Positions 16,575-26,335 of a stretch of 42,753 nt of DNA are shown here, in pieces. A program made the translations under genes and the position numbers. The notes below the pieces were generated by a model that was not told the DNA's origin, did not search any database, and worked only from the letters and a program-made list of their open reading frames with translations. Numbering within the stretch: the first letter of the stretch is position 1; each line of letters starts with the position of its first letter. Source of the DNA: a bacterium (GTDB taxonomy: Bacteria > UBP15 > UBA6099 > JAJRTR01); contig JAJRTR010000091.1 of assembly GCA_024278215.1 (NCBI GenBank), positions 1 to 42,753 on the forward strand, given 5' to 3'.

Positions 16575-19199
16575 CTACTTTGCCCTCCTGAGGACGTTTT
16601 TTGCCTGCCGCAGCTTCGGGTCAAGTTCCAGAGCTTTCTGTGCAAGGTCTTTCGCCTGTGCTTTTTTGCCTGCGGCGAGTTTGATCTTCGCCTTCCGTGC
16701 CAGAGCATCGGCGGTTTTCCGTACCTGTGAATGTATATTTGCCAACAGCCCGGCATTGAGATAGGGCTCGTATTGCTTAAGTGATTTCAGTGCGGCATAA
16801 GCTTCCGCCGGCATATTCTTTGCCAGTCTGTCGGATGTTTTATGTGTGTAGATGACATAAGCCTGCCCGGCGATCTGCTGTCTGAAAAAACCTGCTCTTG
16901 CCTGATTGATGCCTACGGAATCGAGGATCGAGCCGGCTGTTTCGATGTCTTCCTCCGCACTTTTGAAATCTTTCGCGCTGAAGGAACCGGCGCTGCGTGC
17001 GATGAGAGCGCCGAGAAGTTCTTCGCTGACAGCCTGAGATGTAACACCTTTTCGCTGGAACATGGTCATCAGCCGCACGGCGTCGTTGGGATTGTTCTTC
17101 TCTCGCAGAGTACTGCCCCAGCCTGCGATTATAGAAGCAGTTACAGCTTTCTTGTCACTGTTCACTTCGAGCATATCTATATATTGGGACAAGCTGACGA
17201 CCGCCTTGTCGATGTTCCCCTCTTCAGCCGCCTTTTCTGCCTGCTGATAGACCTTGTTAAGCTCCGAAGTTTGCCTGGTCAGGCCATAGAGAGAATAAAC
17301 AGCGAATGACAGGGCGACAAACAGCAACATCATGGTTAAAGTCGCTATTGTGTTGGGCAAATTGAATTCCCTGGTAATCACCGGCTCCCTTTTGGGAGGT
17401 GTTTTCTGTGCCGCGAGTTCTTCATCGCTAAGGAGCGCTTCATCGCCGTCATCATCATCTAATTGTATTGTGCCTGCCGCTGGGTCTCCCTGCTGTTCGT
17501 ATCCGCCCGGCGGTGCTTCGAGTACCTCGTCTGAAGACGATTGCGCAGTGTTTTCCTGTCCCGTTTGTGTTTCTCCGGCTTCCGGTATCTGCTCATCTGT
17601 CATATCTACTCCCGCCGGATCACCTGCGGTCTCCGCCTGCTGTTCGGATTTTGTCTGGAGTTCCTCCGGCTTGTGGGTTTCAGAGGTATCCGCTGCTGTG
17701 GCATCCGGCTCTTCATCGCCTGTCTTCTTCGATCTTGCGAATATGTAGGACAACCGGTTTTTTATTTCTGTAAAGAAGCCCGGTTTCTTCTGTGTTTCTT
17801 CCTCGAATTTCAATATTTCTTCCTCATCGTCTTCTCCGGCTTCGCCGGCAGCTTCCGCGAGTGCGTCTATCGACTCCTGCCCCGCGGGTTGCCGGATTTT
17901 ATCGGCAATAATATCTTTTTCTGAAATGGGTTCGAGTTGTGGAAATTCTTCTTTTTCTTCAGGCGTTTGTGTGGCTGTGTGGGCTGTGGGGTCCGCATCG
18001 GGTTCCTTCTTTTCCACAAGAAGATCGAAATCATCAGGGGCCGCGTCTTGCTGCCGATCACGCTCTTGTCCAACTGTTTCTTCCTGCGCGGCCTGTTCTG
18101 CCTCCTTCGAGGTCTGTTCGGTATACGCTGTATCCTGTTCGGATTCACTCTTTTCATTATTTGCAAACAGTTCTATATTTTCTACGTCCGGTTCACGGTT
18201 CAGAGATTTTGCGATATTGCTCGCGACCTGGAGAGATGCTTCCACGGTCTCGTCGGGAAGTTTTTCATGCTCTTCGCGTTCTGCCGCAACCTGGCGTTCA
18301 AGCACCTCTTCAACCGTTGCCTTTATCTGTTCGTCTTCCGACGGTGCCTGTGCTGCAGTCGGTTCGACATCTGTTTCCGGCGTTTCGGTTTCGGCATCTT
18401 CATCAGTATCCACAGATTCAAACCGAACAATCGGCTCCGTATCGGAATCAAAAGTATCTTCCGGCGCGGTATCGATTTCCGGCGTGGGTCGTGAGTCTTC
18501 ATCCATATCGACAGAAGCGTCTGCTATTGCAGCGATCAAGTCGTCGGCAGCGGCGTCCTCTGCGGTTTTGTCTGCCTGTGTGCCATCATCCGCTGATTCT
18601 TCTGTCACCTGTTCGTCAACTGCCGGTTCAGGCACCGTTGTTTTCATTTCCCCGGCAACAGGTTCTTCGGCAGACGAGGATGTCGTGACGTCGTCCTTTG
18701 CAGTGGCAATGACGGGTTCCGCCTCAGGGGTGGTTTCAGGCAGTTGCGATTTTTCCTGACGGGGTAAGGTGTCGGACACATCCTCCTCGAAAGAGAAGTC
18801 GGGCATGGGAGGCAGTGGTTCTTTTCCGTCCCTTTGCAGATGAATTCTCTGTTTTTCGATGTTGCGCATCACGACATCCTGCAACTTTGTGTAAAGCCCG
18901 GAGTGGCGGGATTCCGGTTTCAGGATGTCAAGGTCGTCCTGCTGTTTTTCCTGCGTCGGCCTTCCCTTAAGGGAGTCGACAATTTCTTTCTGGAGCTTTA
19001 TATCGGTAAATAGAGTTTCGTAGGAATCCCTAACAAGAGAATCAATATTCTGCGCACCATCCATGAGCGCTTCGCGCGGATAGTGTGAGAGAGCGTTTTT
19101 CAGCAAGTACTCGGCCTCGTCGATGCGGCCTTTCGCCATAAGGCTCTTCGCCCTGTTATATTCAGTAAGACTTTTTTGAAAACGGTCTATTATGTCCAT
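16575..19199 (-). CDS. large membrane protein: helical N-terminus, long acidic linker, one TM helix, TPR-like C-terminus
   Basis: long ORF; D/E/T/P/A-rich middle; hydrophobic IATLTMMLLFVALSFAVYSLYGL; AQKALELDP TPR-like end; start uncertain (19199 or 19250). Confidence 0.8.
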   Translation of the reverse strand: MDIIDRFQKSLTEYNRAKSLMAKGRIDEAEYLLKNALSHYPREALMDGAQNIDSLVRDSYETLFTDIKLQKEIVDSLKGRPTQEKQQDDLDILKPESRHSGLYTKLQDVVMRNIEKQRIHLQRDGKEPLPPMPDFSFEEDVSDTLPRQEKSQLPETTPEAEPVIATAKDDVTTSSSAEEPVAGEMKTTVPEPAVDEQVTEESADDGTQADKTAEDAAADDLIAAIADASVDMDEDSRPTPEIDTAPEDTFDSDTEPIVRFESVDTDEDAETETPETDVEPTAAQAPSEDEQIKATVEEVLERQVAAEREEHEKLPDETVEASLQVASNIAKSLNREPDVENIELFANNEKSESEQDTAYTEQTSKEAEQAAQEETVGQERDRQQDAAPDDFDLLVEKKEPDADPTAHTATQTPEEKEEFPQLEPISEKDIIADKIRQPAGQESIDALAEAAGEAGEDDEEEILKFEEETQKKPGFFTEIKNRLSYIFARSKKTGDEEPDATAADTSETHKPEELQTKSEQQAETAGDPAGVDMTDEQIPEAGETQTGQENTAQSSSDEVLEAPPGGYEQQGDPAAGTIQLDDDDGDEALLSDEELAAQKTPPKREPVITREFNLPNTIATLTMMLLFVALSFAVYSLYGLTRQTSELNKVYQQAEKAAEEGNIDKAVVSLSQYIDMLEVNSDKKAVTASIIAGWGSTLREKNNPNDAVRLMTMFQRKGVTSQAVSEELLGALIARSAGSFSAKDFKSAEEDIETAGSILDSVGINQARAGFFRQQIAGQAYVIYTHKTSDRLAKNMPAEAYAALKSLKQYEPYLNAGLLANIHSQVRKTADALARKAKIKLAAGKKAQAKDLAQKALELDPKLRQAKNVLRRAK

Positions 19200-19543
19200 A
19201 AAATTATCGCTTGCCGCACCGGGTGTCAGAGGTATTTGTCTGACAAACAAATGTCACATAAATGCAGATTTTCGTGACTTTCGGTCACATACAACATCAT
19301 ATATTTATATCACTAATCATAAATAAAAGTAAATAATTATGCGCAATTTTTACTGAAAAACAGCAATCAAGTATATTTCAGCAATGCTGGTAAAAATCGT
19401 GAGAATGCCTGTAATACAAGGCACGGCAGTAGAGTGGTGAGGGAGCGTACTGTTTTGCACGTGGCCGATCCCGAATTGACGCCGCAACGGAAGTAGAATG
19501 GGCGTTATTATGATTTTCCGGACTTCTTTGCAAAAAATTCAGG

Positions 19544-20341
19544 CTATGTGTCTTTCAGCCACGCATGGCGCGGGTCGTCATGTGTTATCACTGTGCGCTC
19601 TTTTCCGGCAAGCAGCCAGAGATAATAACCGTGATAGCCCGGCCCGGCGGCGACAGGATGGTAGCCCTCGTTGATTATCAGCGTATCGTTCTGCCCGACA
19701 GAGTATGTTTTGTTAAGTGAATAGTCGTCGTTATATAGTCGAATAACCTGGAAACCCTGGATGGGTTTAACCCTGAAAAGATAGATTTCTTCATGATTTG
19801 TCTCGTTGGGCGGGTCGTCCACATCGTGGCGGTGCGGCGGTGCGCTGGACCAGTTGCCGGGCGGGCTGAAAGTCTCCCCGACAAGCATCGTCGCCGCCGG
19901 AACATCTTTGTCTACAATATCGTGCACAGTTCTTTTCCAGTTGTCTTTGCCCCGCTCGACGATTTTTACGTTTTCGGGGGGGATCAACACGGCGTCACCG
20001 CTCGAGCAGGCCGGACAACGCAGCACTGCCGCTTCCACCGGGTCCGCGTCGGTGGCTTCCACTGTGAACCCGTTGCCCGCCGGAATGAAAACTGATGTCG
20101 CCGGGCCGTCGAAGACGTCTTTTCTACTGCCGATATTCTTCCATTTTTTCGTGCCGGAAACAATCGTGCATCTCCCGCCGAGTATCACTATGCAGATTTC
20201 GTCGCCGGACGACTCTTCCTCATATTTCATTCCTTTTTCAAAAACGAGAAGGTCGAAGCTGATATAGCGCAGTCCTTCATCTCCTCTGGCGACAACCTTC
20301 ACAAACCCTTTTTCATTATTGTATTTCCTGAATCGCCCCAT
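19544..20341 (-). CDS. iolB: 5-deoxy-glucuronate isomerase (IolB/KduI family)
   Basis: GNWSSAPPHRHD, HEEIYLF, GYHPVAAGPGY, YYLWLLAG. Confidence 0.9.
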   Translation of the reverse strand: MGRFRKYNNEKGFVKVVARGDEGLRYISFDLLVFEKGMKYEEESSGDEICIVILGGRCTIVSGTKKWKNIGSRKDVFDGPATSVFIPAGNGFTVEATDADPVEAAVLRCPACSSGDAVLIPPENVKIVERGKDNWKRTVHDIVDKDVPAATMLVGETFSPPGNWSSAPPHRHDVDDPPNETNHEEIYLFRVKPIQGFQVIRLYNDDYSLNKTYSVGQNDTLIINEGYHPVAAGPGYHGYYLWLLAGKERTVITHDDPRHAWLKDT

Positions 20342-20459
20342 ATCATAACCGCCTTTTTGCATATAGCATTTTCACGTATTGCAGACGAACCATAGTCATT
20401 ATATCATAGCGTGATATGGACATGAATGGTGATGGATACAATAATATGACAAGAGAACA

Positions 20460-22076
20460 ATGAAAAAATCATTTTTAAAAGAAAATCTCGAATTACTCGT
20501 CGAAAGAAAAAGTCTCGACCGGCACGAGGCGGTTTTAATCTTCAACTCCTCCGAACTTCCTGAAAACTATACTGTAGAGACGTCCAGAAAGAACCCTGAT
20601 GTCGACACTCTTTTTTACACGGCAGACGAAAAAAAACACTACTTTCACAGCAGCTTCGCCCCTGTAGATGAAGCACATCGAAAGGCCGCGCGCCTCGCCC
20701 CGTCTCTCAATCGAGTGTCGATCACCGGTATAGGTCTCGGCTATGAGACGGTCTGTATTTTGCGCACACTGAAGAACCTCGAAGCGATAATGATTATTGA
20801 AAAAGAACCGCATCTGCTGGCTGCGTTATTGTCTTGTTTCTCACTGAAGGATTATTCCGGTATCGAATGGTTTATATGGTGCGGAGACGTGTCGAGTGCG
20901 AACCTCGAAAGGTTCGACAAATTTACGGCAGCGCTGGAGCCGGGCAAGTTCGAGATTATCGTCAACCCGGCTTTCGAAAAGGCCAACCCGATGTTCTCCG
21001 AGAGGATGAAACACACACTGCGCATGAGGCAGCACATGGATGTTGTGGAAGTGCTGATGTCGAGATCAGTCGATGAAGCGAGCTTCCTGCCCTCGCTCCG
21101 CTCGTATTTCGAACAGCGGCTTTACGAAGTTCCTTTCCCGGTTATTATCAGGATCGAACCGACCAATTTCTGCAACCTGAAATGTCGCATGTGCCCCTCG
21201 ACGAATTATCCGAAGTCAGAGAAAGGGTTCATGTCGCTCGATCTTTACAAACAGATACTTGATGAACTTGCCGCGAACGCGCCGGATCGGGTATACCACA
21301 TCGTTCTTTATCTCGGCGGCGAGCCGCTGATGCACAGAAAAATTGCAGACATGGTACGCATGGCGCATGAGCGCGGCTATCTGACACAGATAAATACGAA
21401 CGCTACGCTGCTTAAGGAAGATATTTCGCGCCGTCTCATCGACGCGGGCCTGGACCTTGTTCTCTTTTCATTCGACGATGTGCCCGCCGAACGGTATGGA
21501 GAAATGCGTGTCGGGGCTGTAAAAGATAAAGTCTATGAAAATATCATTAATTTTCTCGAATTAAAAGAAGCGGCAAAAACGGCGCACCCTCTCACCCACA
21601 TTGCATCGCTTCAGTATCCGTCGGAATGTGATCCGCAACCCAGGCCCGCAAGCCCCGTACCGTCGGAAGAATTAAAGCGTCTGTTCGAGGGGCGCAACGT
21701 CCAGTTTATTATGAACTGGGCGCATCACTGGGCATCTGACTTTACGGCTGATGTGCAGGGTATGCCCCCGCTCGGGGCACTTGGCCCGTATTTCCCATGC
21801 AGGCTCCTGTGGGGCGAGATGACAATACGATGGGACGGAACGGTGGTGCCGTGCTGCTACGATCTGCGAAGCGAAGAGGTAATAAGCCGGTTTCCTGACC
21901 AGTCGCTTGCAGAAATATGGAATGGAGAGCACTATACGGGATTAAGGCAGTCACATGTTCGCGGGCGGGCAGGACGGATACCGCTCTGCGCCGGTTGCAG
22001 CGGACTGCGCGGCGGAGAAATATTTGCGGGCTTCCTCGGCGATGCCGCCGAAATATACAGAAAACAACCAGTGTGA
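20460..22076 (+). CDS. radical SAM/SPASM protein with an extra N-terminal Rossmann-like domain
   Basis: CNLKCRMC, GGEPL, TNATLL; SPASM PC..WDG.V.PCC.D...CAGC; N-terminal GIGLGY...IIEK. Confidence 0.88.
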   Translation: MKKSFLKENLELLVERKSLDRHEAVLIFNSSELPENYTVETSRKNPDVDTLFYTADEKKHYFHSSFAPVDEAHRKAARLAPSLNRVSITGIGLGYETVCILRTLKNLEAIMIIEKEPHLLAALLSCFSLKDYSGIEWFIWCGDVSSANLERFDKFTAALEPGKFEIIVNPAFEKANPMFSERMKHTLRMRQHMDVVEVLMSRSVDEASFLPSLRSYFEQRLYEVPFPVIIRIEPTNFCNLKCRMCPSTNYPKSEKGFMSLDLYKQILDELAANAPDRVYHIVLYLGGEPLMHRKIADMVRMAHERGYLTQINTNATLLKEDISRRLIDAGLDLVLFSFDDVPAERYGEMRVGAVKDKVYENIINFLELKEAAKTAHPLTHIASLQYPSECDPQPRPASPVPSEELKRLFEGRNVQFIMNWAHHWASDFTADVQGMPPLGALGPYFPCRLLWGEMTIRWDGTVVPCCYDLRSEEVISRFPDQSLAEIWNGEHYTGLRQSHVRGRAGRIPLCAGCSGLRGGEIFAGFLGDAAEIYRKQPV

Positions 22077-22275
22077 ATCTTGTAACTTTTCAAGGCGGAG
22101 GAGTGTTTTGCCATCTGGAGTGTGTCGATTCATAACCGCTTTGTTTTGCCGGGAATAAATCTACTCCTGAAGCTGGCGCTTCCGTTTTCCTAAGTTTCCA
22201 GGATAGAACGTTTCGGCATAAGCAATCGCCCTGCAAAATGTTATCCCGCAATACTTCACCAATGCGTGTAAAAAG

Positions 22276-22593
22276 TCAATCCGTCCAGGCGTACATACCC
22301 AGCGTTGCCATATTTGCAATCGGGATCAGCAGAATAAATGCCGTCCAGGCCGGCTTGTCCAGCATATCAGCAATTTTCATCCAGGCGATAACTCCGAATA
22401 CGAGGTTGACACCGGGAACAAGCATCAGCAGAATCCACCACAGTGGTTTTCTTGCTATCAGCACCGGCATTATCAGCACATGAAGAACCGGCAGCCATGA
22501 GAGGATGCTGTGCTGCGTGCCGGTTTTGTGGGCGATCACCTGCAGAGCGAGCGAAGTATATATATGAACCCCAACATATATGAAAAAAAACAT
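22276..22593 (-). CDS. small membrane protein (DUF5684-like)
   Basis: IAHKTG...WLP, KPLWWILLMLVP.VN and KPAW..ILLIP repeated TM pattern. Confidence 0.7.
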   Translation of the reverse strand: MFFFIYVGVHIYTSLALQVIAHKTGTQHSILSWLPVLHVLIMPVLIARKPLWWILLMLVPGVNLVFGVIAWMKIADMLDKPAWTAFILLIPIANMATLGMYAWTD

Positions 22594-22606
22594 TTTTGTA
22601 TCCGCC

Positions 22607-23290
22607 CTACCACCAGAATTGTTTTTTCGTGCTGTAGTAACGAGAATAATCCCTGTAACCCATGAAACCATAAAGAAGAGGCATTATCAGTGCACCTATG
22701 CCGATGGTAAACACAACAAGAGCCACTGCGATGCCGAACAGTAAAAGCCCCTTATTTATCATTCCCTTTAAAAAGTACCACAGGGGCCCAAACCAGAAAG
22801 CGGGCCAGCAGAAACCGCGTGGATTAAAATTATTCGGGTACTCCGGCGGTCGGACGAGTCGGCCCCGCGCTTCAAGTTCGTCGAACGATGGCACTGCGCA
22901 CGGTGCGGTTTCTTCGTGCATTACCGCCTGAGAAGGTGTGAGTTGCTGCTGTTGTTCTTTCATGGCTGTTTCCTCATATGGCTGCGCCGGATGCCCGATC
23001 TTTGGTTCCGCGCCGATTTGTGTACCGCATCTCCGGCAGAAAAGAGCATCCGCCGTAATATCCGAGCCGCATGAATGACAGTACTTCGCGCGTTCCGCAC
23101 ATTCTCTTTCAGGTTGGGAGGCGTAAACGGTTTCCTTTTGCGGCATAACCGGTTCCACACTAGGCTCGACGCCCGGCACTTCCTCCGGAATGTCGATAAC
23201 GCCACCGCATTTCGGGCATTTTCCCCTCTTGCCGTAAAGCGATTCAGGTACTTTCATTTTCGACTGGCATTTGTTGCAGATCACTATCAA
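22607..23290 (-). CDS. zinc-ribbon / double zinc ribbon protein with DUF2628-like membrane C-terminus
   Basis: CNKC..CPKC, CHSC..CRRC; WPAFWFGPLWYFLKGM. Confidence 0.8.
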   Translation of the reverse strand: MIVICNKCQSKMKVPESLYGKRGKCPKCGGVIDIPEEVPGVEPSVEPVMPQKETVYASQPERECAERAKYCHSCGSDITADALFCRRCGTQIGAEPKIGHPAQPYEETAMKEQQQQLTPSQAVMHEETAPCAVPSFDELEARGRLVRPPEYPNNFNPRGFCWPAFWFGPLWYFLKGMINKGLLLFGIAVALVVFTIGIGALIMPLLYGFMGYRDYSRYYSTKKQFWW

Positions 23291-23465
23291 TAAACTGCTC
23301 CGAAAAAATATTCTGTTGCCGTTTAGTCACAATACCGTTTACTTAAGAGGGTATGGGTATCAATATTCGCGATAAATACAGGCTTTTTTGCGTATCATTG
23401 TTGTTAAAGCAAACGGTATTGCGTTTAGTCATCGTTAACAGGGTCAATCGTTACGCAATAAGCAG

Positions 23466-23501
23466 TTCATCGTTACGAAAGGATTTCTTCGTAACGATGA
23501 A
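23466..23501. repeat. perfect 14-bp inverted repeat downstream of the aldolase gene
   Basis: TTCATCGTTACGAA-aggatttc-TTCGTAACGATGAA. Confidence 0.8.
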
Positions 23502-23545
23502 GTAAAGAGAACGGATGCACTTGCTTTCGCCTGTACTTCATGGAA

Positions 23546-24919
23546 TTACAGGCTGCCCTTTTTCGGGAATTTTACCTTTACAGGTTTCACATGTTTATCG
23601 ACGAGTTCTTTCGAGTTTGCCGCGCCGAGTTTGTCGAAGAGGAACTCGAATTTCGACTGAAGTTCGCTGCGCAGTTTCGCCCTCGTATCTTCCGGGATAT
23701 CGAGAATCTCCTTCTTGTAGGGGCCCCAGGCCTTTTTCCTGAGTTTCGCGAAGAACTGCTCGTCAGTCCAGCCTTCTTTGCGCTCGCCCTCGAGATTTTC
23801 TTTCATCCAGCCGTACATCTTTTCCTTGATGTCGGCGGGGAAATTAGGCGAGTCCATGAGAATGTTCTGGAAACCTGTTGCAAGATGGACTTCGACAGCT
23901 TCCTGCTGCGGGAATTTGTCGAACATCTCGTCCGGCAGGGTGGATGCGCCGTGCTGGACAGCCCCGCCCATTCCCCATTTCTTTTTCGCCTCGACCGAAA
24001 GGGCGTTAAGTGTATCGAAGTCGAGTGCTATTTTTGCAACAGTGCCGTCGGGCATGATAACTCCGCCGTGCGATGTACCTGTCTGGACACTGACCTTGCT
24101 GATGCCTGTAAGGTCCGGCCCGAGCACTTTCTTGTAGCCTTCCATATATGCTTCGAGTTCTTCCACCGTACTGTTTTTCTCGCCGACCTCGCCGATCTCA
24201 CCGCCTACGGAAATCATCACGCCGTCCGGCTGTATATCGCGGATGTACTTTGTCATTTCGGCACACATTTCGTAGTTGTCTTTCTGTTGTTCATCCAGTG
24301 TCGCCTTGCTCAGGTCGACAAGAGTGGAACTGTCGATATCGATATTAAAGTAACCACCATCGACAGCTTCTTTTATTAGTGCCATGAGAGATTGTTTTTC
24401 TTTTTCCGGGTCTGCAATGAAGTTTTTTGCCTTGAACTGGAAGTGGTCACCCTGCACGAAAAGCGGGCCCCTGAATCCCTCTTCGATCGCCGCCGCCATT
24501 ATTGTGGATGTGAATTCATAGGGCCTCTGGAATGTGTAGCCCATTTCGCTCTTTGCTATTTCGATGATAAACGCACCCGCGTTTTTGTTTCTTGCGGAAG
24601 TGATGATCGCCTTTACCATGTCGAATGTGAAACCCCTGATATTGATTGCGGGAACCGACATGTTGTTGTATTCGCCGCGTCCGCTCGCCATATAAAGATC
24701 GTGGATCGAAGCGAGTATAATACCAAGGTCCTGCCCAGCCTCGATGATCAGCCACCTGACGGAATCCCTCAGTTCCTCGTCACCGGTCAACAGCGACGTT
24801 TCCATAAGCTTGCGAGCCAGTTTCTTCAGTGCGGCTTCGTCTTCAACCTTTACACTGTCTCCGTCAATTTTCACTACACCTGCCAGTGCTTTTTTCAGTT
24901 CATCGATGTTTGTAAACAT
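23546..24919 (-). CDS. class II fructose-bisphosphate aldolase family protein
   Basis: VPAINIR, QGDH, GEIGEVG, GTSHGG, VQHGASTLP. Confidence 0.88.
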   Translation of the reverse strand: MFTNIDELKKALAGVVKIDGDSVKVEDEAALKKLARKLMETSLLTGDEELRDSVRWLIIEAGQDLGIILASIHDLYMASGRGEYNNMSVPAINIRGFTFDMVKAIITSARNKNAGAFIIEIAKSEMGYTFQRPYEFTSTIMAAAIEEGFRGPLFVQGDHFQFKAKNFIADPEKEKQSLMALIKEAVDGGYFNIDIDSSTLVDLSKATLDEQQKDNYEMCAEMTKYIRDIQPDGVMISVGGEIGEVGEKNSTVEELEAYMEGYKKVLGPDLTGISKVSVQTGTSHGGVIMPDGTVAKIALDFDTLNALSVEAKKKWGMGGAVQHGASTLPDEMFDKFPQQEAVEVHLATGFQNILMDSPNFPADIKEKMYGWMKENLEGERKEGWTDEQFFAKLRKKAWGPYKKEILDIPEDTRAKLRSELQSKFEFLFDKLGAANSKELVDKHVKPVKVKFPKKGSL

Positions 24920-25321
24920 AACGAACTCCTTCCTGATTATATGTTGTTTGTTTTTGCGTTTTTACGACATCATTATTTTACATCAAACTGCGCAGTACTC
25001 ACAGTAATACAACATAAAAGTTCGCCGACTTGATAACATGCAGGGTAAGAGGTATTATTATTATCTTAGCTGCTTGATATACTACGCAAGATGGTATGTA
25101 TCTTTCAAACACGGAGTGAGCTGAATTTTTTTATAACTGAAAGCCATGTTTTTGGATTGCTCTATAATATGATAACAAAATGTTCTTAGAGTTTTTTATT
25201 ATGTTCATCCGTGTAATCCGCGTCTATTAAGCATTTTATTTATAGTTCCTTTCAGCCGGTCCGGATTATTGGCCATTTTGCATTTTCACAATTGTTAAAT
25301 AGGATAAGGAGGTAGATAGAA

Positions 25322-26284
25322 TTGGAGACTGAGACAAAAGTATTAAGTAAGACAAATGAATTCGGAACTTACGAAATCCGAATGGAGAGCATAGGCGGTC
25401 AGGGCGCTAATCTGGCCGGCAAGCTGCTGGCGGAAGCCGGTATTATGGAGATTGGTCTCAACGGGGTCAATTTCGCGAGCTACGGTTCCGAGAAGAAGGG
25501 CACACCGGTGAAATCGTTCATCAGGTTTGCCGAAAGCGACAAGGAAATCAGGCTGAACAGCCCGGTAGTCGAGCCGCATCTACTTGTTATTTTCACGACG
25601 GTCATTGCAAAGAATGTACCTTTGCTGACAGGTGTCAAACCGGGTTGCATGGTGATTGTAAACACAACAGAAACACCCGAAGCGGTAAGGGACATGCTGA
25701 AGATTCCGGGTGGCACCACGATTTACACCGTGGATGCTATGGGGATCGCGGTCCAGGAAAGAGTGCGCATCAACACCACGATTCTCGGTGCAGTAGCGCG
25801 CGCTGTGGATTTCATGACAAGGGCCGCGCTCGAAGAAACAATGCGCAAGACCTTTACTAAAAAATATCCGAAACTAGTGGAACCAAACATAAAGGCTTTC
25901 AACCGCGGCTATGAAGAAGCTGTGAAATACGATGTTCCCGACGATGGAAAGTACCCTGTCCAGCATTTTCAAGGATTCAAGCCGAAACTGGGCTGGAAGA
26001 ACGCCCCCATCGGCGGCGCTATCGTCAATCCCGGCAATACGGTTCTGAACGATCTCAGTGCGTCTCGCTCGGGTTTCAAGCCTGTATGGAACGAAGAACT
26101 GTGCATCAACTGCGGCGCATGTGACTCGACCTGCCCTGACCAGTGCATCATTTTCCGCAGGGACAAGGACGACAAGGGCAAAGAAAGGCAGTTTTTCGAT
26201 CACATCGACTACAAGCACTGCAAAGGCTGCCTGCGCTGCGTGGAAGTGTGCCCGAAGGATGCACTCACTGCCGAAAGGGAGTAG
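25322..26284 (+). CDS. 2-oxoacid:ferredoxin oxidoreductase gamma-delta fusion subunit
   Basis: SIGGQG, SYGSEKKGTPV; CINCGACDSTCP and CKGCLRCVEVCP; AAGGAGG RBS with TTG start. Confidence 0.9.
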   Translation: METETKVLSKTNEFGTYEIRMESIGGQGANLAGKLLAEAGIMEIGLNGVNFASYGSEKKGTPVKSFIRFAESDKEIRLNSPVVEPHLLVIFTTVIAKNVPLLTGVKPGCMVIVNTTETPEAVRDMLKIPGGTTIYTVDAMGIAVQERVRINTTILGAVARAVDFMTRAALEETMRKTFTKKYPKLVEPNIKAFNRGYEEAVKYDVPDDGKYPVQHFQGFKPKLGWKNAPIGGAIVNPGNTVLNDLSASRSGFKPVWNEELCINCGACDSTCPDQCIIFRRDKDDKGKERQFFDHIDYKHCKGCLRCVEVCPKDALTAERE

Positions 26285-26335
26285 ACGGAAAATCGACAGC
26301 GCCACGAAAATATCGACCACGAAAGGACATATAAA

